Source: Parasitella parasitica NRRL 2501 (lineage: Eukaryota; Fungi; Mucoromycota). Taken from it: 64,000 nt of DNA. Both the position numbers and the translations under genes were made by a program. The stretch spans positions 89,258-153,257 of the forward strand of contig MU619317.1 in assembly GCA_025201805.1 (NCBI GenBank), given 5' to 3'. The notes under the pieces are model-generated. The model ran no database searches, was not told where the DNA came from, and worked only from the letters and a program-made list of their open reading frames with translations. How positions within the stretch are numbered: position 1 is the stretch's first letter; each line of letters opens with the position of its first letter. This document shows, piece after piece, positions 38,969 through 50,590 of the stretch.

Positions 38969-41001
38969 TCAGTCCAAACTAGCATACATGGCATCAATTT
39001 GCTTGGCATAGTATTGCTTTGCTTGGTGGCGTTTAACTTTGAGCGTGGGGGTTAAAAGGCCCTTTTCAACAGTGAATGGACTCGATTCCAAGTAAATCGC
39101 TTTTGGGATTTCAAACCCACAGAGACCATGGCTCTCTTGCGCCATCTGGCGAAGCACAGCGGTTTTGACTCTTTCGTTTTGACAGAGGCTTTCAACATTG
39201 CGTAAATCATTTTCACAAACGATGCTCTTTGCAATGCTGCTCAGCTCAGCAGAGTCAGGAACCACCACAGCTACTAGCGCACTTTGTAGCGGATCACCAT
39301 CAATAAAGATTTGTGTAATCATTGGGTTCTTGACATAGACATTTTCAATCTTTTCAGGTGCAATGTACTCGCCTTGTGCTAGCTTAAAAATGTTCTTCTT
39401 GCGATCAACGACTGCCACGCTCCCCTCTTGATCAATAGTTCCAATGTCGCCCGAATGATACCAGCCGTCTGAATCCAACACTTGGTTTGTCTGTGCCTGG
39501 TCCTTGTAATAGCCTTTGAAAATATTGGGTCCTCGCATGCAAATTTCCCCTTTAGGTGGGTTGCTATCTGTGAAGCAATCCATTTCAGGGACATCTACCA
39601 ATTTGATTTCATTGCAGGTGTACGGGCCTCCAACACTCCCAGCGTTGTTATCTCCCGTGCGCTGAAGACACGAAGCCGCTGTTGTCTCAGTAGCACCATA
39701 GCCTTCGCGGATATCGCAGCAAAGAACAACACGCAAGAATTGGAGTACATCGGGGCTGAGAGGAGCAGCGCCAGAGCCAATGATCCTCACATCGCCGCCG
39801 AGCACTTGCTTCATCTTGTTGAATAACAGACGATCCCAAATAGCGTGAAAACAGCCATCACCATTAGCCAAGTGTCTTAATTTCGATGCTACAGCCATAC
39901 GAGATAACGAACCCGTTATTCCCTCGGCAAAAATGGTAGCTTGCGCTAGTTTACTGTAAATGCGGTTCAGCAGCCTTGGCACAGCAACAAACATGGTAGG
40001 ATGGATTGCTTGACAATCACCCAAGAGATCCTCAATACCACCCGACAGATACGCGAGCTTACCGCCGCTTGCCAATATGGTCAGGTCATAGACACGGCCA
40101 AAGCAATGTGCTAGTGGTAAATAAGAGACACCGACTTCGTTTACATTTGTTTCAAACAGGGTTACCGTTGCGGTCACTGCAGACACAAAATTTGCAAAAG
40201 TCAACATGACGCCCTATATCGCTGTTGGTGACTTGAACGAATGATCGTTGTCTAGTCTAGTCTAGTCTAGTCTAGTCTAGTCTAGTGGTATACTATGTAC
40301 CTTTGGTGTGCCAGTTGTTCCGCTTGTATACATGATGCAGGCTAAATCATCAGGCGAAGGATAGCGATGCTCTTTAGGATATCGAATACCCATTGCCTCC
40401 ACTTGCTCAAAGTCCAACAATGTAACATTCTTTTCATCTGCCCAAGCTTGAATAATCTCACCTTTGGGTACACCATCAGGCAGCTTTTCCAGTGGGTCCA
40501 TGACAACCGTGTCCATCGAAATGATGACAGATAAGCTAGGTATGTTTTCTTTTATTTTTAGCAGCTGCGCCAGATATTTGGAGGAGCAAACGAGGATTTC
40601 CAACTCTGCATGATTGATAATGTATTGCACGGTTTCTGAGCCCAGGGTTTCGTATAGTGCAACGCTGCAGAGTCCCTGTGAAGCACATGCTAAGTCAGTG
40701 ATTGTCCATTCAGGCCTATTGGCAGACCAGATACCAATCTTGGTTGCGTTTTTTGTGTGCGTCTGGATGATGTGCATCAACCCAGACCCAAAATGGTCAA
40801 TGCGGTTTGATACTTGAGTGTATGTCTGCCAAACAACATGATCCCTTTGACCCAGTTCAATATTGTACGGACGTCTACCGAGACATTCTCTATAAGGGGA
40901 CAATCCGAGTCCTCTTGCAAACAAATCATACGTGGTCTTGACCTTTTCTGGCTCAAGTGAGTAAAGGATTTCGGGTATCTCACCATTGCGATAAATAGCT
41001 A

Positions 41002-41032
<31 letters not shown>

Positions 41033-41145
41033 TTAGCATCTGCTACATATAATTATCTGGAATATTGCATAATTCTGTTGCATGTACCTGATGAACCAGG
41101 CTGTGCAGTATTCTCTAATTTTGTGGTCTGTAATTTTATTGACAT
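38969..41145 (-). CDS. Long-chain fatty acyl-CoA synthetase, 3 exons
   Basis: IMYTSGTTGTPK|GVM, YLPLAHCF, EGYGATET, GWYHSGDIG, DRKKNIFKLAQGEYIAPEKIE and LTPTLK. Confidence 0.96.
40251..40285. repeat. (TCTAG)7 microsatellite in intron 2 of the acyl-CoA synthetase
   Basis: Seven perfect copies. Confidence 0.95.
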
Positions 41146-41477
41146 GATAGAATAAACGCATAAGCAGTTTCCATATAGTGAGGTGATTTTATTCAATAAA
41201 AGAGCACACAGAAATTGGGGATTGTTTCAAAATGATCAAAATGTAAGCTACTCAAACCCCCAATTTCTGGTTATTTTCTACATTCAAGCCTTTCTTTATT
41301 CAACAAGGCTCAAGACTTTTAAACCGTTTTTTTTATTTATTTATTGCGTATATGTACCAATGTTATTTGCAGCACTGCGAGAAAGAGAGAGAGAGAGGGG
41401 GGGGGGGAATAAATCATAAATGTCAGTTTTTTTTCTTTTCTGTAATTGTATATACTAATGGGTGTTTTTTCTGCGGA

Positions 41478-43643
41478 TTACTGAAACTCAGGCTTCAATT
41501 CAAGATCACCTGAACGGTTCCTTTTAGCTACTCTCCTCAACAAGGTCGTAATGATTTCACGATTGCGATCGTCTTTCTTGATGCGTTTACGGAGGCTCAA
41601 CAAAAACTCTTTGGTTGTCATGACCTTGCCACGCAAAGTATCAACTACCTCTTGCTCTGTGATCAGGTCTTCATCTGATCCGCTAGTCTTTTGATGCTTA
41701 TTGTCTCCGCCACTTGCATCCTCCAGTTTGCGTTTTTTAGAGGGCTCTTTGTGCCCATGTGATGATGAGGGGGACGAAGGTGCTGCTGCAGGTCTTTGTT
41801 GAGACGAGGATCCTTGTCTCAAAGGTGAAGATTTGCCGCTACCATTACCAAGAGGCGATGACGGCCTAGGTGAGGGCGATGAGGAGCCTTCGCGCTCTTT
41901 CTTTTTCATATACAAGGAAGGAGATCCAGGGCGACCAATGGGTTTAGACATGCCTTCTTTTTTGATTTTAGCGGTGTGCGCTTTCTTGGGCATCATGGGC
42001 TTGGATGCTGCTGTTGCTTTCTTTTTAGGTGGTATAGGTGTCTTCTTTTCTCTCTCTTTTTCCTTTTCCTTGTCGTTGTCAGAATTTTGATCGTTGTCAT
42101 CGTTATCAGAATCCAGTTCTTCGGCACTGGATGCATAAGGGTCGCCCTCTTCTTCATCACTCTCGTAAGCTCGGTTCTTTTCCAAATCTCTGACCAGTTT
42201 TCGCATTTGCTGTTTGTTATAGATCAACGAGTGAATCAATTGAATCAAAAAATACATGTTTAACCAGCACATACCTTGCCTTCCGACGTTAATTTGCCCA
42301 TATCGTCATAATCGTCATCAGCATCTTGTTGCACTCCACTGATAGAATAATCTTTGATCTCCTTTTTGACACGATCTTTGCTATCTTTAACATCCTCGTC
42401 TTCCACTTCATGTTCTCCGTTTCCTTCATCATCATCTTGAAAGACATCATCGAAATCGAGGTCATCCATATCCGAATCTTGTTTGTTGCCGCTTTCTTCA
42501 TCAGGATCAGGCTTACTATTCCTAATTCGTTAGCAGGGTACCATAATACATCCTATGCTGCAACATACACATTCTCGTCATGGTCGACAAGCTTTAACTT
42601 GGAAGCTCGTGTAGACTCTTCAGCTTCGTTCATTTCGTTTTGACGCTTCAACATTAACCATCTACTGCCTTCACGTTTTTGTTGCTTCTTCAGCTGATGT
42701 CTCGATTTAGTATTTAACCAATACTTGTTTATGCATCTACCGAATTACCTGTTCCTCGGCTTCTTCCAACGATAACGTTTTGAAATTTCGCTTTTGCTGG
42801 AATTTATACCATCTATCAACTGGAATGGCTTTAAATCCGCTATCCTGTAAGAGAAAGAGAAAGAGAGAGAAAGAGAGAAAAGTCAATTGATGTATACAAA
42901 ACCAAAAAGAAAATGAAAAGACTTGCCGTTAAAAAGAAAAACATGTAATCAGAACGTTGACCACCTTCATAGGTACCCGTAAAACTATTTTGGCCGTCAT
43001 AGTCCTCTAGAATCCAAGGTCTTTGTTCCTGTTCCTTCAATTCTCGTGTGTCTTCTTTGGCCAAATAAATCTGCTTTGTTCTCTTTTTAAACAACATTTG
43101 TTTGTTTCTCGTGGCGCCGCCTAACGGAGCAATTAAAGATGTATCTGCACCTGTTTTGGGTCCATGTTGTTGTGTCGATGTTGAAGCGTCACCGCCTAAA
43201 TCTTCAACTTCAGCAGATTTAGCTGCTGGATAAGGGAGCGGTGTTCCTGCCATGATAGCAGCAGCATTGGCGGCAGCAGCTTCTTTTGCAGCAGCTTCTT
43301 TTGCGTTTTTTTCATTCAGGTTTTGGATGTATTGTCTGTATGGCAGGAAATTGGTCTCTTTACGATGCAACTTGACTGGACGAGCAAAGCTGGTAGGCTC
43401 GACATGTTTGCTTCCGCCCTTGAAATCCATGAGATGGTTTTGTCCACGTTTCGCAGCAGAAACAAGCTGATACTCTACAAACGAATCATCCTCTGTCTGC
43501 TGCTGTTGTTGCTGCATTTGTAGCTGATGCTGTTGTAACACGCGCCTTGATCCTACACCAGAGCGCAAAGGCCCTCCTCCACGACGAGGTGCAGCACGGG
43601 TTTTCCCTTTATCAGCACGAGAAGTGTTGTAAATGCTGGACAT
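41478..43643 (-). CDS. TFG1: TFIIF large subunit (Tfg1/RAP74), about 5 exons
   Basis: FARPVKLHRK, KKRTKQIY, PWILEDYDGQNSFTGTYEGG, FKAIPVDRWYKFQ, FDDVFQDDDE and a C-terminal winged-helix-like ITEQEVVDTLR. Confidence 0.9.
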
Positions 43644-44107
43644 TTTGTTGTTAGTTCAGCTGCTTGTAAAGTGGAGAAAAGAAAGAAATGGATTTTGCTT
43701 TTTTCAAGGAAAAGATTGGGTATTAATGGCCTCTACAAATGTGACGTATTAATTGATGCAGAATGAGACAGCCGAGCTTTACATGCAGTACTTGTGTGTC
43801 TACTTTAGATACTGCATTTAAACGAAACGAACCAATGGATCTTGGATAATAAAGACAATGAGAATGATATTTATTTTTTTCAATATAGACATTACGGGTT
43901 GCCGTAACAAAAAAAAAAAAAAGTAATTGCATCAGACTACCGTATAATAAGGCACTGCCCTCATGCTAGGTAATATATGAACGATCATATGTGTGTAGTA
44001 TAACGAGAAACTTGATTAGTAAACCAAAAAAAAAAAAAAAAAATACATATATATAGGGTTTAGAGATAAAAAGAAAAAAGTGTGGAAATTCATGTGGAAA
44101 AACGAAT

Positions 44108-44879
44108 TTACTACAGAGAAACGTGATTAATCGCTACTGCAAACAATAGGCCATGCTGTCACATATTTACCTGCTTCATAGCATCCTTCTTACCCTTACG
44201 CTCAAGGATGGCAATACGAGACTTATCCAACTTGAGCTTAGTGACGACAACCTTGGAGGGGGAGATGCCAATGGGAGCAGTGGCGCCATTAACCTTCTCG
44301 CGAGAGACACGGTCAATGTGGATAACCCACTTCTTACGGTAGACTTGGACAATCTTACCCTCACGGCCCTTGTAGGTACCACGAACAACCATAACTTCAT
44401 CGTCTTTGCGGACGGGAATGGAGCGAACGCTGTGCTTCTCACGGAGTTCCTTGGATAAAGGAGCACTCATGATCTTGCGGCGAACATCAGAGGTGGCAGC
44501 AAAGTGAGCCTTTCTGCTCTTTCTACGAGAGGAGCTAACATCTAGAATTACAAGGTGTTAGTTTTTTTTTTTTTTTTTTGGTTATTAGACAAAAGTCAAA
44601 TGCCAATGAAAGAAAGAAATGCTCGGTCGTGGTGATTTCTGTAATGGGTTGCTTTCAAGAGGTGTTGCGTGGTATGTACATCAAGCGGCTGCAGTGGGAA
44701 TTATGCTGGTAAATGTTGTATTATGTATTTTTTGTATGTTGAATAGATTTTTTTTATCGCAAAACACACTCCATCGCTGTTGTCTCTATCCATCTTTCAT
44801 CATCCATCAAGACAAACCGCTAGCCATTTCTTTCATCCATTCGACATGGGGTTTACTTCTTACCAGCAGAGAACTTCAT
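44108..44879 (-). CDS. RPL26: 60S ribosomal protein L26 (uL24)
   Basis: MKFSA|[14 protein letters not shown]...[26 protein letters not shown]. The first intron is long (~320 nt) and a probable terminal intron spans 44111-44170. Confidence 0.97.
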
Positions 44880-45143
44880 CTTGTATATGTCGGATGGAGT
44901 GAAAAAGGAGGATCAATAACTGTGCCTTGCTATTAGTCAATCAAATGGTTGTTTCGCCCCACCGAACACTGCTGTCACTTGCAAAGGAGATTCATGTACC
45001 ACATCCCTTTTACTACAATGCTCGAGCCGCAACTGCCCGGACAACCTTGTTTTACCATTACGATATGATCCTCAGATTTGCTGCATTATGGTACCGTAGT
45101 AGGTTCACTGTTTGTAATCAAACAACTAAAATGTGAATATTTG

Positions 45144-45205
<62 letters not shown>
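45144..45205 (+). repeat. Poly(A) run of 62 nt
   Basis: Homopolymer. Confidence 0.9.
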
Positions 45206-45206
<1 letters not shown>

Positions 45207-45817
45207 ACTTGAATGAGCTCAAGCCTCAAATCCGATCGCAAGCACTAATATACTCTTGTCTTTTTCTATACTCCAAGAAGATGAAATACGATACTGCACA
45301 TCGCAGCATGATACACCGTGCGCAATATCCAATACGTGCACAAATGGTGGGAAATCAAACCTCTTGTTTGCATATGATATCTTACTTGTAGGTTTGTCTA
45401 CAACAGCAGCTTATTACCATCATCGCCCCCCCCCCCCACCTCCACTGTTTATGGGTGAAGCAAGCAATCAGCAGACTAAAAAAAAGGCTGTTCAACTCTA
45501 GGAGACCCTGCATTGAGCGGAATGTCCCAATTTGTTGCCGAGACTAATACTAAAAAAAATATTTTTAGAAATAAAAATATTTTATTTCCTTCAATTAAAA
45601 ATGCAAAAAAGTCGAAAACCTTCCTAATTCAGAAGGTAATAACTGAATATTTCCCTACATTTGAGACAGTAAAATTAAATCCTGACTTGCCACGAAATCT
45701 CGTTATTATTAGAGCCCTGAAGTTAGAAATCATGTATAAACCTTCACATTTTCGATTTATTCTATTAAAAAACAATACATATCAACCATTATTTAGCTTG
45801 TTAATAATGTGTGAACT

Positions 45818-46620
45818 ATGTCATTCGCTTTTAATGGTCGCAAAAGACGCCTTATTGCTATTAATGATGAAGAAGAACAAATGCTAGATCAGTCGTGAGT
45901 CTTGCGGACAAATCAGCACTTGAACAGCCAATTTACTTTCATGATGCATGCACTCAACAACAATCATAACCAAGAAGTTATGCATGAGTCTCACTACAAT
46001 TCTCTGTTAAATGCTGTGTCTTTTCAGTTACATCAGCAAAATCGACGACTAAAGACAAGACAGCAACGAGACATAATCCAAACATTGAAAACAAGCCAGC
46101 GATTCCTGAAATTGCAGCTACAGCTTGCTTTGGCAGGCTAGGGACACGGTAGATTGATAAATTGAGAATCTGGACCAACAAAGGTAAAAACTGGTTGCAA
46201 ACACGACATCCCATCCAAAACTCGAAGGTTTTCTTTTCTTAGCTTTATTGTATGTCTGCCGCCAAACATGAAGTTCAAAAAAAGACAGCTAGAATGTTAC
46301 GTTGCAGGCTCAACTATCATCAATCCTCCAGCTTCGTTTCTAAAGCCATCCAGTGGGCTTCGAAGCAAAGTCCAGACATCCAAAGAGAAAGCAGTTTACT
46401 GGAGTGCCAATGCTTTCAAGTCAATGTGCCGCGACCAAGTCTCCGCACTTGCAATTGGTCTTACTGGTGTTTTGGTTGCCTTTTGTTTGGAGTAACTTTC
46501 CCCTGCTTCGACCCAAACCCCACCACTGCCAAGCGCACACAATTCAACAATTTAGCCCTATCTTTTTTGTACAGAAAACAGATACTGGGCTCGCCTTTCG
46601 ATGGAGGCAATACTTTTTGA
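45818..46620 (+). CDS. Possible small uncharacterised spliced gene (structure ambiguous)
   Basis: Several short open frames with gtgagt/gtagat/gtaaaa donors and pyrimidine-rich acceptors. One joining ends in a hydrophobic tail (VSALAIGLTGVLVAFCLE). No family recognised. Confidence 0.25.
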
Positions 46621-46950
46621 AGGTTAGTAAACAAATATAAAACGTGGAGATAATTCAATATTAATCGAGCGCTGCATCTTTGACTTTGACCTTTTAATAC
46701 TATTGGGTAAGTGACATTCCCACTTATAAATTGTTTATAAAAAGTAACCAAAAATCATCTGTTTCTTCTTTCGGAATTTAGCTTGATATACCGTTAAAGT
46801 ATAAGCATGTGTGTGTTTGTACCTAACTCGGTATAGTAAAAATCCAAGTTGACATTTTCTGTGCTCGACTTTAAAGTTTATATTTATACACATCTGTTGG
46901 TGGGGGGGGGGTTTTTATTGCATGCTACATGGGGCAGAGCTACAACAATG

Positions 46951-47739
46951 CTACTTTATACGTGCTACAAAAACTAGTCCATCAAATGTGCAACTAAGCA
47001 CCGCCTCTATCGCCACCAATTCGCCATTGTCTTGCCGTTTCCAGTTGAACCTTACTCGATTGATCAGGTTATTTGATTTTGCCAATTCTATAAATTTCTC
47101 AACATTTGATTTATCTTTGCTGTCCACATAATCAAGCAGCGATTCACCTATCAGGTCCATCTGGCTTGATCCCACCAAGTCCTCGCACATTTGGGTAGCA
47201 AATACAATAACAGACAGGTTTGTGTATCGATTTAGAAACAGGCTGAAGCGAGGCTCTCGTTTCGCAATCACGTTTTTGTTGGCATCCCATGGATTCGTTT
47301 CTGTCAGCAACTTTTTCATGGCCTCCTGGGACGTATTCCAGGCACCTGCTAATTGAACGGATCCGTCTGACTGGATAATAAACACATCGTCTGCTGAACT
47401 GATTCGGATTTTATGTTTGATACAATCACTGCTGGTAACTGCAAAGTTGGCGCAAATCAAGACATCGTAACAGTAGTGAATCACAACATCACACATAACA
47501 TAGTGTCCGTCCTTGTGTCTATTTTGATATGTACATAGACATGACATCCGCTCGTTCTTGACGTTTCCTTGGTGGACGACGGTGAGTGCCTGTCTCTCGT
47601 CTGGATGCGTCAGGCAGTATCCTCCTTTGCCAATCAGCTCTTCTGGAAGATATCCCAATATATCTGTGACACTCTCTGATACAAACAAAAACTTTGCCTC
47701 TGCTGTGTTGTCATAGATTACAATAAAGTTGATTTCCAT
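46951..47739 (-). CDS. Tandem-PAS-domain protein without an output domain
   Basis: FLFVSESVTDILGYLPEELIGKGGYCLTHPDE (PAS-A) and IVFATQMCEDLVG...IGESLLDYVDSKD (PAS-B). Single exon. Confidence 0.85.
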   Translation of the reverse strand: MEINFIVIYDNTAEAKFLFVSESVTDILGYLPEELIGKGGYCLTHPDERQALTVVHQGNVKNERMSCLCTYQNRHKDGHYVMCDVVIHYCYDVLICANFAVTSSDCIKHKIRISSADDVFIIQSDGSVQLAGAWNTSQEAMKKLLTETNPWDANKNVIAKREPRFSLFLNRYTNLSVIVFATQMCEDLVGSSQMDLIGESLLDYVDSKDKSNVEKFIELAKSNNLINRVRFNWKRQDNGELVAIEAVLSCTFDGLVFVARIK

Positions 47740-47920
47740 GTTGCAAAATATATATAAATATTAATTACAGTGAGATAATAAGGTATACGGCGGAAAAGAA
47801 GAAAGATGAAAAATAAAAAGGTTCTTTTTTTTTTACAAGTTATTATTATTGCAAAAAAATGTAAATGTAACAGTGGTTTGATTGGACAAAGAAATATACC
47901 TATATTATTTCAACGTTACG

Positions 47921-48386
47921 TTACTTGGAGCTTTGCTTGTAGGAGCTGGTATCGAGCACCTGTTTTCCACACATGGCGCAAATCCCCTTTTTGTAGGCGC
48001 AGTCTATGTCTCCTATGGTAAGCTTTGCTCTATTTTTCTGTCTGTATTTTTACACTTGCCTTGGCAATAGTGTGCCTTGTCTTGATGCAATTTAGACTTG
48101 CACAGTTTGCATTTGCGCACATCCAGAGGGTCAAATCTATACTACCACGCTTTAGCAATAGAGTCCCACGCTGTTGTTTGGGTCTGCGCATTACCGTATT
48201 TTTGCAGAGCTTGACAACAGCTTGTTTTGGTTCAGTTTTCTGCCTGACGATCCAACTGCAATGAAGTGTGAGCGCACATTCAGCAGTAGCAGTACATTGT
48301 ATACCTTTGGCATTTTTGGATCCCTCTTTCCACTTGTCAGGAGCAGCCAATGCCGTTAGTTTCTTTTCGCACTTTTTGCACACCAT
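47921..48386 (-). CDS. CRIPT: Cysteine-rich PDZ-binding protein CRIPT, 4 exons
   Basis: MVCKKCEKKL...PDKWKEGS, GRKLNQNKLLS and CKLCKSKLHQ...YCQ|DCAYKKGICAMCGKQVLDTSSYKQSSK*. Intron 3 is GC-AG. Confidence 0.93.
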
Positions 48387-48507
48387 GATGTTATATTTGG
48401 TTTGCAGAGGTTTGCAGAGGAAAAAAAAAAAAAAATAAAAAAAAAAGACGATTTTATTCCTTTTCATTTGAAACTCCTGATGCATTTGCCTTACATGCCA
48501 AACAAGA

Positions 48508-49090
48508 CTACTTGCCAAGCGAAACCAAAAAGTCTGATACAATCTGGCAAAATACTTGCTGAGCCTCTTTGTCATTGATGCAGTGATCGGCATTAGCCAC
48601 CAAATGCCCCTCTTTGATGGCAGGTACAAGCTTCTTGAATCTTTCAATGTTTTCCCTGGCGTCTCCACTGCTAGGCATGTAGTATTCGTCCTTTTCGCCA
48701 TACACCCATACAATGGGTCGGTCGACGTCTTGGAATAGCCTCGTAATCTCTTTGTCATCAAAGTCAGTTGAGAATACATCATCATCGCCACTGGAGACAT
48801 ATACGTGTGTTAGTCAAAAATGTAAAAGTGTTCAACACATGTGGTACGTACTATTTGGCAGCCAGAGAGTAGTAACGATCTGCAGTGATGGGCGACCAAT
48901 GGGCATTTCTAGGCATGATCTCCTGCCCTCTGCCGTCAGCCCTCATCCTAGTACTCAGCTCCACGTACTCGTCATAGTTTTTCAAGCTTGCCAAATATTG
49001 TCGATCTGAGCAAGGCGCCTGGAGGACGTAGCCACTGATGGCTTTACTATGCTTACCGTTCTTGTTATGCCAATAACAATCTTGGCTGCC

Positions 49091-49131
<41 letters not shown>

Positions 49132-49526
49132 TTTTTTTTTTTTTTTTTGTATTTTTTACAGAGGAATGAGACATGTACTTTGGGATGTTGTCCGATATCT
49201 CACAAACCTGTAGAATGGCCTATAAACACAATCTGCGTCTTTTGACGTTTTGACTGGAGGTATTCGACCAATGCATCCAGCTGTCTACAGTCGGTTTGCA
49301 GATCACTTGTTCCAAAACCATCTACGCTGGAGCTAAGTTGCACCTGCGTAAGAGACCAACCGAGCTTAGAGATGCTTTTGAACAGAGGCGGGAGGAAGGG
49401 AACCGAGTTGAAACCATCGCCCAAACCGCCAATAAAGACAACAGTCTTCTCGGAGGCAGGGCTCGTCTCAAACGCATTCAAACGATCTTTTTCATCATAT
49501 TGAAACAAATCACCCGAAAACTCCAT
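48508..49526 (-). CDS. DUF1749/UPF0613 alpha/beta hydrolase, 3 exons
   Basis: VVFIGGLGDG, nucleophile elbow GHSTG|SQD, LQAPCSDR, PITADRYYSL, GDDDVFSTD and ADH. Confidence 0.88.
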
Positions 49527-50089
49527 TTTGCAGTAGTGGTAGCAGAGAAGAAACACGACTGAAGCCCCTTGATGCCATTTATTTAGACTTTCAAATCTCA
49601 CGGCGCTTGAATTCTGTTCCCCTTCTGTCACAGGTGTGCGTTTGAGACGCATTATGCAACAGACGCTGAAAATCCATAAATAAAGAATGGCTTCTACGCC
49701 GGATGTAACGTCAAAATAGCAAGTTGCTTGTATGTTACCAGTAAAGAAATGAAGCATGTTGGGGGTGGGGGGTGGGGCTGTGTCATTGTATACATTTCTA
49801 GAGCTCCTGGCATTCATGCATGTATACATTGTATCATAAGCCTCTTGAGAATGAGCCTGTGGTAACCGAGTCGAGTGATAGAGAAGCTCACTCTTAAAAG
49901 CTAGTAACGACGCAAAATGCTGGGAATCAGCAGTTAAACAAGAGGTGGTTATATCATATAAAGCAGCGTATACAAACCCTAACCCTGACTTTTTATTTTC
50001 AAACTCTGCTCCAGGCATTGGATGACATTTAGGTGAAGGGTGTTTGTTTTGCCAAGTTTGTTTTTCTTCATTTCATATTTATTTGCAAG

Positions 50090-50590
50090 ATGGCGTCTCA
50101 ATTCTATTGGAGAGCAGGCAGTCTTTTAGGTGAATGAACGATAAAGTTGAATTGTTCAAGTATTTATATAGTAACAATCATACGAATAAAATATTATATG
50201 AATATATAGGTGCTTCTGGTATTGCTTTGGGTGCATTTGGGGCTCACGGTCTTGTAAAAGTTGTAGGCGATAACCCGACAAAAATCAAGGTAATTTAATA
50301 CGTATCTGAATATATTCAACATTTGTACTCATTAGTTGAAAAAGAATTGGGCTACTGCTGCTCATTTCCAAATTATCCACGGCGTTGCGCTTTTGGCATT
50401 ATCCTCAATTCCCCCTACTGTTCGTCGTATCCACCCTGTTGCGCAGCCCTTAATTTTAGGTGGCACCGTCATGTTTAGTGTAACAATTTACCTGTTGACA
50501 CTTGACAGAGAAAAGTTCCGTTCATTGGGCCCAATTACTCCTCTAGGTGGTGTCGCCTTGATGGCTGGCTGGGCAGCCCTCGTACTTTAA
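50090..50590 (+). CDS. TMEM256: DUF423/TMEM256 membrane protein, 3 exons
   Basis: G|ASGIALGAFGAHG, WATAAHFQIIHG and LGPITPLGGVALMAGW. Confidence 0.9.

Noticed and set aside
38933-38971. Stop-codon read-through to a cryptic peroxisomal signal on the acyl-CoA synthetase
   Set aside because: The context is TGA-CCT rather than TGA-CTA, and the extension would end in FIVV, which is not a PTS1.
45144-45205. Long poly(A) runs (also 60249-60314 and intronic poly(T) at about 49093-49148) as retroposon tails
   Set aside because: No convincing target-site duplication or element body; likely slippage or assembly homopolymers. The poly-Lys ORFs over them are spurious.
49527-50018. 164-aa upstream in-frame extension of DUF1749
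   Set aside because: The family-like sequence starts at MEFSG (49526). The extension crosses the divergent promoter region and looks non-coding.
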